Shown piece by piece: positions 39,299 to 48,612 of a stretch of 64,000 nucleotides of DNA. The notes under the pieces are model-generated. The model searched no databases, was not told the DNA's origin, and was given only the letters and a program-made list of their open reading frames with translations. The position numbers and the translations under genes were made by a program. The number at the start of each line of letters is the position of its first letter. The stretch's first letter is position 1. Origin of the DNA: Candidatus Methanomethylophilaceae archaeon (GTDB taxonomy: Archaea > Thermoplasmatota > Thermoplasmata > Methanomassiliicoccales > Methanomethylophilaceae); contig JBMNHS010000001.1 of NCBI GenBank assembly GCA_050950505.1, forward strand, positions 160,001-224,000, read 5' to 3'.

Positions 39299-40504
39299 TC
39301 AGTAGTACCGGAACGGATCCGATGTGTACACAGTATCGTCGACGACGATACCCGAGTCTTCGAAAGCGGACATGATTTTTTCAAATGATTTCATAACCTT
39401 TTCAGCGGGTTGCATTATTTTCAGGGCTATCGCTTCCGGACTCATTCCTTTATAGTGCAGAGCCAGTATCGTCGCATCGTTTTCGTCAAGGGACAGTCGT
39501 TTCATCAAATAATTGGTATGTTCTAGATAGTCGTCTTTTAAACCGTACATTTCCGCAGCCAATTCCTTCCAGAGGCTTTCCCTTTCGCCTTTGTTGACGG
39601 TGTCCACCACCTCCACGATGTCCATGTCGAGACGCCTCAGAACTTCAAAAATATAGTTTACGGACACGGGAATTCCGTTTTCCAACAGATATACGCAACC
39701 ACAATGATTTTCGGTCACGTACCTCAGTTCAAATCTCTGATTGCTCCACAGCACCATGGAGGTGGATGTTGTCTTATCATGGAATGTGACGGGTTTGCCA
39801 CAGTTGTCACAGACAACGGATTCTTCATCGGATGCGTACCACCTGTTGTCGCAATCGCTGCATATAAACAGTTGTTTTTTGGAAAATTGGGTGTTTGCGA
39901 ATTCATAGACCATCGACCCTTCGTCGCCTCTGTTTACTATTTTCGCGGGGACGTCCCATTTGACCGATTTGCATCTCGGACAGGACAACTCCGAATCGTG
40001 GATTTTACGTTTTCTCATATTCCAAGCGTGTCCGCATCTCTGGCACCTCACGGTTCTCGGAGGTTCGTTCCATAATGTCGACCGGCAATCCGGACACCTG
40101 CGGGGCATTGTTTTGCGTTTCCTCCAAACATGCCCGCATTGATGACACATAAGACGTTCCACTTTGGGTTTGTCCCATTCGGAAGACCTGCACAAGGGAC
40201 ATTTTTCCGGATATTCATCATATTTCCTTGTCCATTCATAATCGCACTGATTGCACCTGGAGGATCTGTCGGTCAATCCTTCCGTCTGCAACCGTCCGCA
40301 GGCGGGGCAAGGCGTGGAAAACTCTTCCATGGAGAATTCCTTGCCGCAGAATTTGCAGGGGCGGTCTTTTTTCTCCGGTACGTCCCATCTTGCCGTTCTG
40401 CATCTGGGACAGCGCTTGGGCCGTTTTGAAGTATGGGGAATCCACGAGTGTCCGCATCTGAAGCAGAATGCTGGGTACTCTTCGGAAGCATCCGAATTTG
40501 TCAT
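39299..40504 (-). CDS. Six-zinc-ribbon protein with C-terminal HTH
   Basis: Six paired CxxC modules; DATILALHYKGMSPEAIALKI sigma4/LuxR-like HTH. Confidence 0.78.
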   Translation of the reverse strand: MTNSDASEEYPAFCFRCGHSWIPHTSKRPKRCPRCRTARWDVPEKKDRPCKFCGKEFSMEEFSTPCPACGRLQTEGLTDRSSRCNQCDYEWTRKYDEYPEKCPLCRSSEWDKPKVERLMCHQCGHVWRKRKTMPRRCPDCRSTLWNEPPRTVRCQRCGHAWNMRKRKIHDSELSCPRCKSVKWDVPAKIVNRGDEGSMVYEFANTQFSKKQLFICSDCDNRWYASDEESVVCDNCGKPVTFHDKTTSTSMVLWSNQRFELRYVTENHCGCVYLLENGIPVSVNYIFEVLRRLDMDIVEVVDTVNKGERESLWKELAAEMYGLKDDYLEHTNYLMKRLSLDENDATILALHYKGMSPEAIALKIMQPAEKVMKSFEKIMSAFEDSGIVVDDTVYTSDPFRYY

Positions 40505-40511
40505 TGAATAA

Positions 40512-41285
40512 TCAGACCTCGCCCGTGGACCGTTTCGGAAGAACGTACAATTCACCGTCGATGTCCGTGCCCACCCTGGCTTCCACTTCGTACACCTCCC
40601 GCATGAGGTCCTCGGTGATTATTTCGCTCGGAACTCCGGAAGTGACAATCTTCCCCTGTTTCATTATGAAACAGTAATCGCAGTACCTCGATACCAGAGA
40701 TATGTCGTGTTCCGCGACCAACAGCGTCATGCCCGTTTTGGCCAGTGATCTCAAATGTTCCATCACGTTCAGTTTGAACTTAAGATCCAAATGGGATGTT
40801 GGTTCGTCCACCAGCAACAATTCGGGTTCCTGGACGTAGGCTTTCGCTATCAGAGCCCTTTGCCGTTCGCCGCTGGAAAGCATCGAAACCTGTTTTTTCC
40901 TATGCTCGTATATTCCGAATTTCTTCAATGCATTTCTTATGATTACTTCGTCCTCATCGGTTTCCCACCACAGTTTTTCAACATAGGGATACCGTCCCAG
41001 CATAACCATGTCCGTGACGGACATGTTCTGTATCTGTTCAATTTCCGCGGGAACGGTCGCTACCATTTTGGAAGTTTCGTGAGCATTGGTTTTCAGTATG
41101 TCCCGTCCGTTGACGGAGATTTTGCCGGCGGTTACATTGTGTATCTTCGACACACATTTCATAAGAGTGGATTTACCGCATCCGTTCGGACCTATGAGTC
41201 CGACCATCTGCCCCTCCCTTATCTCCAAATCAATATTGTCCAAAGCGCGGAAGGTTCCGAAATCCTTGCAGAGACCTTCCACCAA
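40512..41285 (-). CDS. ABC transporter ATP-binding protein (cobalamin/Fe-chelate, BtuD-like)
   Basis: GPNGCGKST, LSSGERQR, LLVDEPTSHLD, EHD. Confidence 0.92.
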   Translation of the reverse strand: MVEGLCKDFGTFRALDNIDLEIREGQMVGLIGPNGCGKSTLMKCVSKIHNVTAGKISVNGRDILKTNAHETSKMVATVPAEIEQIQNMSVTDMVMLGRYPYVEKLWWETDEDEVIIRNALKKFGIYEHRKKQVSMLSSGERQRALIAKAYVQEPELLLVDEPTSHLDLKFKLNVMEHLRSLAKTGMTLLVAEHDISLVSRYCDYCFIMKQGKIVTSGVPSEIITEDLMREVYEVEARVGTDIDGELYVLPKRSTGEV

Positions 41286-41295
41286 AAGACAGACG

Positions 41296-42396
41296 TCACC
41301 CTTTATACGACCGCCCCCTGGACATCAGCATGTATGCGAATATCGGCGTGCCGATTATGGCTGTAATCGCTCCAACGGGCAATTCCATGGGCATGAGCAC
41401 CGTTCTGGCAATTATGTCCGAAAACAGCATGAGCATTGCCCCCAGCACGATGCTCGCAGGCATTATCAGCCGGTGATCGCTTCCGAGTGCCATTCTGCAG
41501 GCATGGGGAATTATCAGACCGACAAATCCTATGACTCCGCAGAACGCGACACACAGGGCGGTGAGAACCGAGGCGATTATCATCATCAGTCTTTTGAACC
41601 GCTTGGTGTTAAGTCCCAATTGTTTCGCCTGTTCCTCGCCCAAGGAGAACAGATTGAATTCCCTCGCCCAAAGCATGGCCATCAAAGATATGCCCAGAGT
41701 GGGCACCAACACCAACAGGGCGTTCTCCCAGGTTATGTTTGCGAAGGAACCGAACATCCACCACATCGCATTGGAAATGTTGTCTTTTGCGAGAGACAGG
41801 AATATGGTCTGCACGGAAGAAAAGGCAAACCCCACGATTACCCCCGCCAGGATGTAATTGGTCGGAGTGCCTCCCGCACCTTCGGCGACAGTCATCGTAA
41901 GCGCGAATGCCAGAAGCCCCCCTATTATCGCGGCGACGGGAATTATGTACAGTTCGTTGTTGCCCAGAAACGGCAGCGTTGTACCCAAGGCGATAACTGA
42001 AATGGCCAAACAGCCCGCACCCGAAGAAACCCCTGTGATGTAAGGATCCACGAGAGGGTTTCTTATCAATGCCTGGTACATGCACCCCGCCACCGAAAGT
42101 CCGGCACCCACACCGATTGCCGCCAGGGCACGGGGCAGCCGGGCCCTGTAGATATACAGTTCTTCCGGGTTCAGATTTTCTCCGCCCTTCCTTATGGCGG
42201 AGAACATCGAAGATATCGCCTTATCCATGGAGATTATTCCTCCCGAGGATATTGAAATGGATATCAACAACGCGAATACCGACATCAGGATGCCGAAGGA
42301 CAGAATAAGAACGAATCTTTTCTTTTTTATTTTTATTTCACTTTCTTCCGCATCGTCTTTCGGCGGAAGATTCTTGGTTTTTTCCGAATCGTTCAT
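41296..42396 (-). CDS. ABC transporter permease (FecCD/BtuC family)
   Basis: RLPRAL, QALIRNPLVDPY.GVSSGA, GEEQAKQLG, IGFVGLIIPH, ELPVG. Confidence 0.93.
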   Translation of the reverse strand: MNDSEKTKNLPPKDDAEESEIKIKKKRFVLILSFGILMSVFALLISISISSGGIISMDKAISSMFSAIRKGGENLNPEELYIYRARLPRALAAIGVGAGLSVAGCMYQALIRNPLVDPYITGVSSGAGCLAISVIALGTTLPFLGNNELYIIPVAAIIGGLLAFALTMTVAEGAGGTPTNYILAGVIVGFAFSSVQTIFLSLAKDNISNAMWWMFGSFANITWENALLVLVPTLGISLMAMLWAREFNLFSLGEEQAKQLGLNTKRFKRLMMIIASVLTALCVAFCGVIGFVGLIIPHACRMALGSDHRLIMPASIVLGAMLMLFSDIIARTVLMPMELPVGAITAIIGTPIFAYMLMSRGRSYKG

Positions 42397-44066
42397 TTGC
42401 CGATCCTCCAGACCAAAACGGCTATCACAAGTATAGCCAGAACGGCAACCGTTGCCAATGCCGTGACTTTGAAATCTCCTCCGTCGGATTCCTCCGTCCG
42501 GATAGGTCCGGAGTCATAAAGACCGAAATCCGCCCAGCTGTCCCCGTATTCTTCGTAATATCCTATTTTGAATGAGGATTCGGTTTTGTCGAAGACCTTT
42601 TGTCCCAGATCCGGACGTTCGCCTTCGAACACCGCTTTTTTCAGAACGGCACAGCCGAAAAACGCATGATTTCCAACGGATTTCACCGATTCGGGAAGCG
42701 TTATTTCAACAAGGGATTCACAGGCCGTGAACGCACGTCTGCCTATGGACTCCAGAGAATTTCCGAAAGTTATGTTCTTCAGATTGCCGCATTCCGAAAA
42801 AGCGTATTCGCCGATGGAAATCAAGCCGTTCGGAAGATTGATTTTGACCAGCCGACTGCATTTGTCAAAACAGTGATTTCCCAACCGTTCCAAAGATTCC
42901 CCGAAGTTGACTTCCGTCAGACTCTCGCACTGATAAAAGGACCAATCCCCGATTGTTTTCACATTTTCGCCCAGAGTCACGGATTCCATGGATCTGCAGC
43001 TGTAGAATGTGCTGTGCTCCATCTCCGTGACGGAATCGGGAACCGTTGCTGTCTTGAGACTGCTGCAGTATCCGAAGACCCTCTCCGACAACAGTCCGAC
43101 GGTGTTGCTGATGTACAGGGTCTCTGCGCCGTTGCAGTCGTAGAACGCCCCGCCCTCGATGGTTTTCACGGAATCCGGTATGACTATGTCCTTGAATCCA
43201 TGGCACATTCTGAAGGATTCGAAACCGAGATATTCCAGTGTGTCCGGGAGTTCCACGTCTTCCATGACGTAACATTGTCTGAATGCTTCGTCATCGATGT
43301 GCATCACTCCCTTCGGTATATTTGCGGTTTTGAGTTTGTTGCAATCGTAAAAGGCACGGTCGGAAATCTTCACAATGTTCTTTCCGAGACTGAGAGAAGT
43401 GATTTCAACGGATTTGTCCCCGTATTTTTCTTCAAAAGCGCTCTGTCCTATCCGGGTAACGGGAATCCCTTCGATTTCATCCGGTATCTCAATCACGGTC
43501 CCGCTGATACGGTAATACACCGTAATTTCCCCTTCCAGGACAAGGTAATCGAAAGAACAGGTTTCACCGGTATAAATGCGGTAATCCATATTTTCCGTTG
43601 ATGCCGGCCATCCTTCCGATTGCATCGGAGACTTGTATACGGTGACATCCGTGTTCAGAAAAGTGTCATCCTCCGTTTCCGGGAAAGATCCCAAAAAATA
43701 CACCGAAAGGGTTCCGCAGCCTGAGAAGGCCTCATGTCCGATGTATCTGACATTCTTGGGAATTATGATTTTATCAATGGATGTGCAGTCTTTGAAAGAC
43801 TCGTCCCCCAGCTCCATCAGTTCATACCCTTCCACCGCGGAACGGAGATACACCGTACGGTCGTCACCCGGAGTGTATCTGAGAATTCTGCTGAAGCTGT
43901 CTTCCGTGTCCATGTAAGTTTCGTAACCGTATATCGCACCGTCGGGTGCAATCATTTCCAGACCGATTTCCGCGGCTTCGGCTTCATTCAAAGAAAATAA
44001 AGCTGATAATCCGCCCGATATCAAACAAACTGCCGTGATTAGTATTAGAGTGCGTTTTGAATCCAT
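42393..44066 (-). CDS. BspA-type leucine-rich repeat surface protein
   Basis: Signal peptide; many IGxxAFxxCxxL (LRR_5) repeats; C-terminal TM plus basic tail. Confidence 0.88.
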   Translation of the reverse strand: MDSKRTLILITAVCLISGGLSALFSLNEAEAAEIGLEMIAPDGAIYGYETYMDTEDSFSRILRYTPGDDRTVYLRSAVEGYELMELGDESFKDCTSIDKIIIPKNVRYIGHEAFSGCGTLSVYFLGSFPETEDDTFLNTDVTVYKSPMQSEGWPASTENMDYRIYTGETCSFDYLVLEGEITVYYRISGTVIEIPDEIEGIPVTRIGQSAFEEKYGDKSVEITSLSLGKNIVKISDRAFYDCNKLKTANIPKGVMHIDDEAFRQCYVMEDVELPDTLEYLGFESFRMCHGFKDIVIPDSVKTIEGGAFYDCNGAETLYISNTVGLLSERVFGYCSSLKTATVPDSVTEMEHSTFYSCRSMESVTLGENVKTIGDWSFYQCESLTEVNFGESLERLGNHCFDKCSRLVKINLPNGLISIGEYAFSECGNLKNITFGNSLESIGRRAFTACESLVEITLPESVKSVGNHAFFGCAVLKKAVFEGERPDLGQKVFDKTESSFKIGYYEEYGDSWADFGLYDSGPIRTEESDGGDFKVTALATVAVLAILVIAVLVWRIGK

Positions 44067-44067
44067 T

Positions 44068-45891
44068 TCAGACTCTCCTGTACAGTATTATGAAACTTGC
44101 CAATGAGGTTGTGAACAAAATCGTGAAAAGATACCAGGACCAGTGGTTGAAACCCGTGGACACCAGAACCGGCCCGGTTTCGTAATCGTCCTGACCTGCC
44201 CCCGGTATGTTGGAAAGACAGTAAACGGCTCCGTAATCGTTGCCCGCATAGATCTTTCCGTTTATCACCGTGGGCTGCACCATTGAGTATGACACACTGG
44301 ACGTCGGCGTCAGCAGCATTCTCCAATTTTCTTCACCGGTTTCCGCGTTCAGGGATGTGAGGCATCCCCCGGTGGGATACATCGTACCCGTGGAGTAATC
44401 CATGAAGTACACACATCCCCCCGCAAGGGTCAACGGAGATTTTATCCAGGACGGGCTGTTGTATTTCCAGACCGGGTTCCCTTCCCAATCAATAAGATAT
44501 ACCCCGGAGGCCCAATCGCCGTCGGGTACTTTGTTTACATAAACGTAAATTCCTTCCTCGGACACCGTGGGTTCGCAGGACCAGGCGGCGATTCTGTTGA
44601 GTTCGTCTCCGGTTTCCGCATCCAAATACAGTATGTGCCCCTGTCTGGGGGATAATGCGCCGTCTGTGCAAGATACAACCAGAATGTCGCGGGAACCGTT
44701 ATTTCCCAAAGCCATGTGGCCGGAGGAACCTGGAGTTCCTTCTTCAAGAATGTTGTTTCCCATCAGACGTATCGCTTCAAGTTCCCATATCTGTTCTCCC
44801 GTCAAGGCGTCCAGCGCATGGACGTAACCGCTGTAGCCTCCGATGAACAGCATGCTTTTGCCGTTGACGGAGCCGAGTATAGGGGCGTGATAATAGTAAC
44901 ACCCTCTGGCTTCGCCGGTCGGAACGTGTTCCCACAGTATGTCGCACCCTTCCCTTGATACGGATGCACATACTGTTTTTCCGTCATCGGTGCCGAAATA
45001 TATCGCGCCTCTGAAATAAACCGGGGTCGTCGCTCCCGTCACAAAGGTGCGTCCATCCCAATCCGGTGCCGACTCCCCGTCGGATACGGGGGGATCGTAA
45101 GGCAGGGTTTCCGTCCACAGCAGATCCCCGGTCACGCAGTCCAATCCGTATATGTCTCTGTTGGATGCCGTGAGAACAATCATGTCGCCCACGATTGCCG
45201 GGGTGGAAACCTCATAACCTATGCTGCCCGCATAAGAGAAACTCCAGATTTCCTTGCCGGTGTCCGTGTCTATGCAGTGAAGAGCAGGCCTGAAATCAGG
45301 ATCCCAGTGGCCGTCAGAGGTATGATACAGCCTGTTTTCTGAGACTAACAATCCTGAATCCACGTAACCGTTGTCCGAATACGTCCTGTACCATTCCACC
45401 GGGGATGCGGGTTCTTCCAAGGGAGGGGAATCCGACGTTCCCGCGGCATCGGCCGCACCTCTGTACATGGTCCACGAATCTTTGTGGGAAGGGGTTTCGG
45501 AAGGATGCAGCCCTTCGGGATAGAATCCCCACGCAAAGGAGCCTCCTCCGTAGGTGCCGTCAGAATCGCAGACCGTCCATCCGTTATCGGAATAACTGTA
45601 AAACGTCCAGCTCACGGTTCTGCCGGGCAGAGTGATGTTTTCGATTCCGTTTATCGTTGCTTCGGATCCGGTTTTCATGAATTCCATGTTTGCCGAGGCC
45701 GCGCAGCTTTCCGACACTTCCGCATATGAACCGGTCGAGTTTATTTCGGTCCATACCGTATGTCCGTCACCCATGTCGAACAGCATGAAATCTTCACTCT
45801 GTCCGGGTTCCGAGGAATAAGATACCGGCATCACGAACAATGCCGAAAGGAAAAACATCGCAGATATCAGGCAAAGGGCGGTTTTACGCAA
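44068..45891 (-). CDS. PQQ-like beta-propeller surface protein with N-terminal DUF4430-like domain
   Basis: Signal peptide; WTMYRG; repeated xDxxTGxxxW blades; C-terminal TM-YRRV; TTG start after GGAGGTGA. Confidence 0.8.
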   Translation of the reverse strand: MRKTALCLISAMFFLSALFVMPVSYSSEPGQSEDFMLFDMGDGHTVWTEINSTGSYAEVSESCAASANMEFMKTGSEATINGIENITLPGRTVSWTFYSYSDNGWTVCDSDGTYGGGSFAWGFYPEGLHPSETPSHKDSWTMYRGAADAAGTSDSPPLEEPASPVEWYRTYSDNGYVDSGLLVSENRLYHTSDGHWDPDFRPALHCIDTDTGKEIWSFSYAGSIGYEVSTPAIVGDMIVLTASNRDIYGLDCVTGDLLWTETLPYDPPVSDGESAPDWDGRTFVTGATTPVYFRGAIYFGTDDGKTVCASVSREGCDILWEHVPTGEARGCYYYHAPILGSVNGKSMLFIGGYSGYVHALDALTGEQIWELEAIRLMGNNILEEGTPGSSGHMALGNNGSRDILVVSCTDGALSPRQGHILYLDAETGDELNRIAAWSCEPTVSEEGIYVYVNKVPDGDWASGVYLIDWEGNPVWKYNSPSWIKSPLTLAGGCVYFMDYSTGTMYPTGGCLTSLNAETGEENWRMLLTPTSSVSYSMVQPTVINGKIYAGNDYGAVYCLSNIPGAGQDDYETGPVLVSTGFNHWSWYLFTILFTTSLASFIILYRRV

Positions 45892-47281
45892 ACACGTCAC
45901 CTCCCTGATGTTTGAGATACTTCTGATAATCATCGCCGAGATATTTCGGAACCGAGTCCAAGGGATCGTCCAGTGTGAACTGGGAACTGTGAATCATTTT
46001 TCCAAGAAGTTCCACTGCCTCGCCTATTCTGGGCCCGGGTCTTGAAAAGATGTCCGCGGTTTTGCCGGTCAGCATGTATACGTTACCGTCACGGAAAGCG
46101 GGAGTGTCTTTCCACATGGGATCGAGACTGTTCAGCATTTCCAGGTAATCCTCCATCGTCGCGTCGGCTCTTTCGTTAATTATTATCATACATTGGGGAC
46201 GTTTGTTGTTTATCCACTCCTTCGATACCATGAACCAGGAAGAATCCTGGGACGCGAAGATGTTGGAAGAGGTCACCGTTTCGATTATATCGTTCATGAA
46301 TGTGTCCCGTCCCGACGTCCACGGAGTGGGTATGGGCGATAATGCGACGAACACCGATTTCTCCGAAGTGTTGCCTATCTTGGCCCGGACGTTGGAAATC
46401 GTCATTTCTATTTTTTCGATCACAGAACCCGCGTTCTCTTCCAAACCCATCGATGCGGCCACAATCCAGATGTTCCGGTAAACCGACTCTATGGATTTTG
46501 AGTCGTAAAGCACAACGCAGTCTATGCCGGATTTCATGAGCCTGTCGGCCATGGACACATGTTGCCCCGCACCGGCGTCACAGAACACCAAATCGGGCTG
46601 TAACCGGACTATCCACTCGTAGTTCGGGTCTATGTATCCGCCTATCTCTATCAGAGAACCGTCTTTTTTCCGTTCGGTCACGGAATCCGGACAGTCGCTG
46701 TACCTGTCGACACCGACAAGATATTCGACACCGCCCACGGATGCGATGATTTCGGTCAGGGAAGGGGCCAAAGACACCACCTTCAACGGATTCCCCGTCT
46801 GTTTCGATATTCCGCCCGTAGCGTATCTGTAGTACGTGCCTCCCGAATGGTCCGTTCCCGGCATTACCTCCGAAGGGTCATCGGTTCTTGCCCAGCACGT
46901 CAGTCTGTAATCCGATGCCTTTATTTCTGAAGGATTTTCCTCCGTCGCCGACCATTTGGATTTGTCGGTGTCCATGGTGAAAAGGGTCCAAGGTCTGTCC
47001 GGAAGCGAGTGCTGTTCGTTTATCTGCAGGACCGTTTCGTTGTCGGAGTCGGTGCTGAAACTGTACCCGTTGATGTGACACGCTTCGCTGAGGACTTCGA
47101 TGCAGTTCCGGTCTCCGAGACTCAACGGAACCCATTTCACGTCATAGAACCCGAAGTCTATCATCACTCCTTCGCTGTCATCCTTTTCGGAAACCGTCAG
47201 GCCGATCATCGGAAAAGACGCGATGACCACCAACACTATCGTCACTGAAACTCCGAGCTTCAACGCGGTCGGCCTGAACAT
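45884..47281 (-). CDS. ABC substrate-binding protein (BtuF-like) with N-terminal DUF4430-like domain
   Basis: KVVSLAPSLTEI, LVGVDRYSD, PNYEWIV.LQPDLV, SRPGPRI. Confidence 0.88.
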   Translation of the reverse strand: MFRPTALKLGVSVTIVLVVIASFPMIGLTVSEKDDSEGVMIDFGFYDVKWVPLSLGDRNCIEVLSEACHINGYSFSTDSDNETVLQINEQHSLPDRPWTLFTMDTDKSKWSATEENPSEIKASDYRLTCWARTDDPSEVMPGTDHSGGTYYRYATGGISKQTGNPLKVVSLAPSLTEIIASVGGVEYLVGVDRYSDCPDSVTERKKDGSLIEIGGYIDPNYEWIVRLQPDLVFCDAGAGQHVSMADRLMKSGIDCVVLYDSKSIESVYRNIWIVAASMGLEENAGSVIEKIEMTISNVRAKIGNTSEKSVFVALSPIPTPWTSGRDTFMNDIIETVTSSNIFASQDSSWFMVSKEWINNKRPQCMIIINERADATMEDYLEMLNSLDPMWKDTPAFRDGNVYMLTGKTADIFSRPGPRIGEAVELLGKMIHSSQFTLDDPLDSVPKYLGDDYQKYLKHQGGDVFA

Positions 47282-47287
47282 GTTCCA

Positions 47288-48610
47288 TCACACTGTCGTC
47301 CAGGGATTTTTTGCGTCATCCGGTGTCAGATTGGGATCGCCTACCCAGTCCGAATTGTTGGGTGTGTTGCAATAAATCACCGCGAAATACGGATTGGATA
47401 CATAGGAATAGTATCCGCTCGTCCACTGATTAAATTCCCATTCTTCCTTTTTGAAGTTCCAGTTGAACTGTGCGGGATAATCCCAGGATTCATCGGCGGA
47501 ATGATAGATTCCGTTGCTGTACAATCCGAAGAAGTAGAATATCCAGCCTCTCAAATCGTTTCCTCCGACAATGGCTTCCGAAGCAATGTAGTCCCAGCCC
47601 ATCTCACTGAAGATTTTCTCAAGAGCCTCGTCAGCGGTGGATGCGGTGGTTTGAACCCAGATTCCTTCCACAAGTTCATCCCTGGTAAGACCGGGGGCAT
47701 CGTTTTCGAAATTGACCAGATCAACGAAGTCTTCCGATATTTGCAGGAATATGTAGAAGTCCCCTTTGGGCTTGTACATGACTCCGTCGTCCATGTATGC
47801 AGGTTCTTCGTATTCGCCGTCGGCAATGGGCACTATGGCAAAGTTCGCCCGGTCCCTCAAGAAGAATTTATCGTCCGTGAGCTGAACTTTCTCCCATTTG
47901 TCATCTCTTATCAGATCTCTGGTGTACTCCCCGGTTTCCGGATCTTTGATTATTTTGAATTCCGTATGTTGATAAAGCAGAATATAACCGTCCGTGCTTG
48001 TGAGTTCGGTGCCGTCAACCATGATTTTACTGTCGGATTCGCTTACCGTGTGTCCCGCACCCTTCATAGCTTCGACAAAGATTGTTTTAGGGGTGGTCGA
48101 AAACACCTTCAGAGGTTCATCGGAACCGCCGACCTTCACATTCACGTAGAATCCGGGGTTGGTGTACCCTTGCGGATTGGTGGTGAATCTTTTTGCCATG
48201 GATATTCCGAAAGCTGAATTGTCTTTCAGATCCAGGACTTCTCCGGATTCGTAAATGGAAGTTATGACTTTCCATTCAGTATCCCATTTCCAGATTACCC
48301 AGACTTTTCCTTCGTCCGCTTTCTTTCCGTCCACGGAGTGTATGGAACCGTCGTTGTCGAAGGTCAGCCCGTATCCCATGTCTTCCATCCCGTCAATCAG
48401 GATGTCTCGGATGTTGTATCCCTTGATGCGGGTTTCATCGACGTTCCCGTCGCCCGAATCGAAACAGACCGAAACGGAGCATTCTTCGCTTGTATTGTAT
48501 ATGTGCTGGTTTGTTGCCGATGTTCCGCTCAGTGACGAAAACACCGCAACACCGCTGATAAGCAATACCATCGCCGCCACTGCGGCAATCAAAGTATTTT
48601 TTGAAATCAT
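47288..48610 (-). CDS. Secreted or membrane-anchored protein with repeated DUF4430-like domains
   Basis: N-terminal hydrophobic segment; about three modules such as GSIHSVDG..VWVIWKW and GWIFYFFG..W. Confidence 0.65.
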   Translation of the reverse strand: MISKNTLIAAVAAMVLLISGVAVFSSLSGTSATNQHIYNTSEECSVSVCFDSGDGNVDETRIKGYNIRDILIDGMEDMGYGLTFDNDGSIHSVDGKKADEGKVWVIWKWDTEWKVITSIYESGEVLDLKDNSAFGISMAKRFTTNPQGYTNPGFYVNVKVGGSDEPLKVFSTTPKTIFVEAMKGAGHTVSESDSKIMVDGTELTSTDGYILLYQHTEFKIIKDPETGEYTRDLIRDDKWEKVQLTDDKFFLRDRANFAIVPIADGEYEEPAYMDDGVMYKPKGDFYIFLQISEDFVDLVNFENDAPGLTRDELVEGIWVQTTASTADEALEKIFSEMGWDYIASEAIVGGNDLRGWIFYFFGLYSNGIYHSADESWDYPAQFNWNFKKEEWEFNQWTSGYYSYVSNPYFAVIYCNTPNNSDWVGDPNLTPDDAKNPWTTV

Positions 48611-48612
48611 TT

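Noticed and set aside
41280-41300. Possible frameshift at the start of the ABC ATPase (the GTGA-coupled GTG is out of frame with TTG-GTG-GAA)
   Set aside because: A TTG start at 41285 with an upstream GGTGA ribosome-binding site explains the gene; it cannot be resolved further without reads
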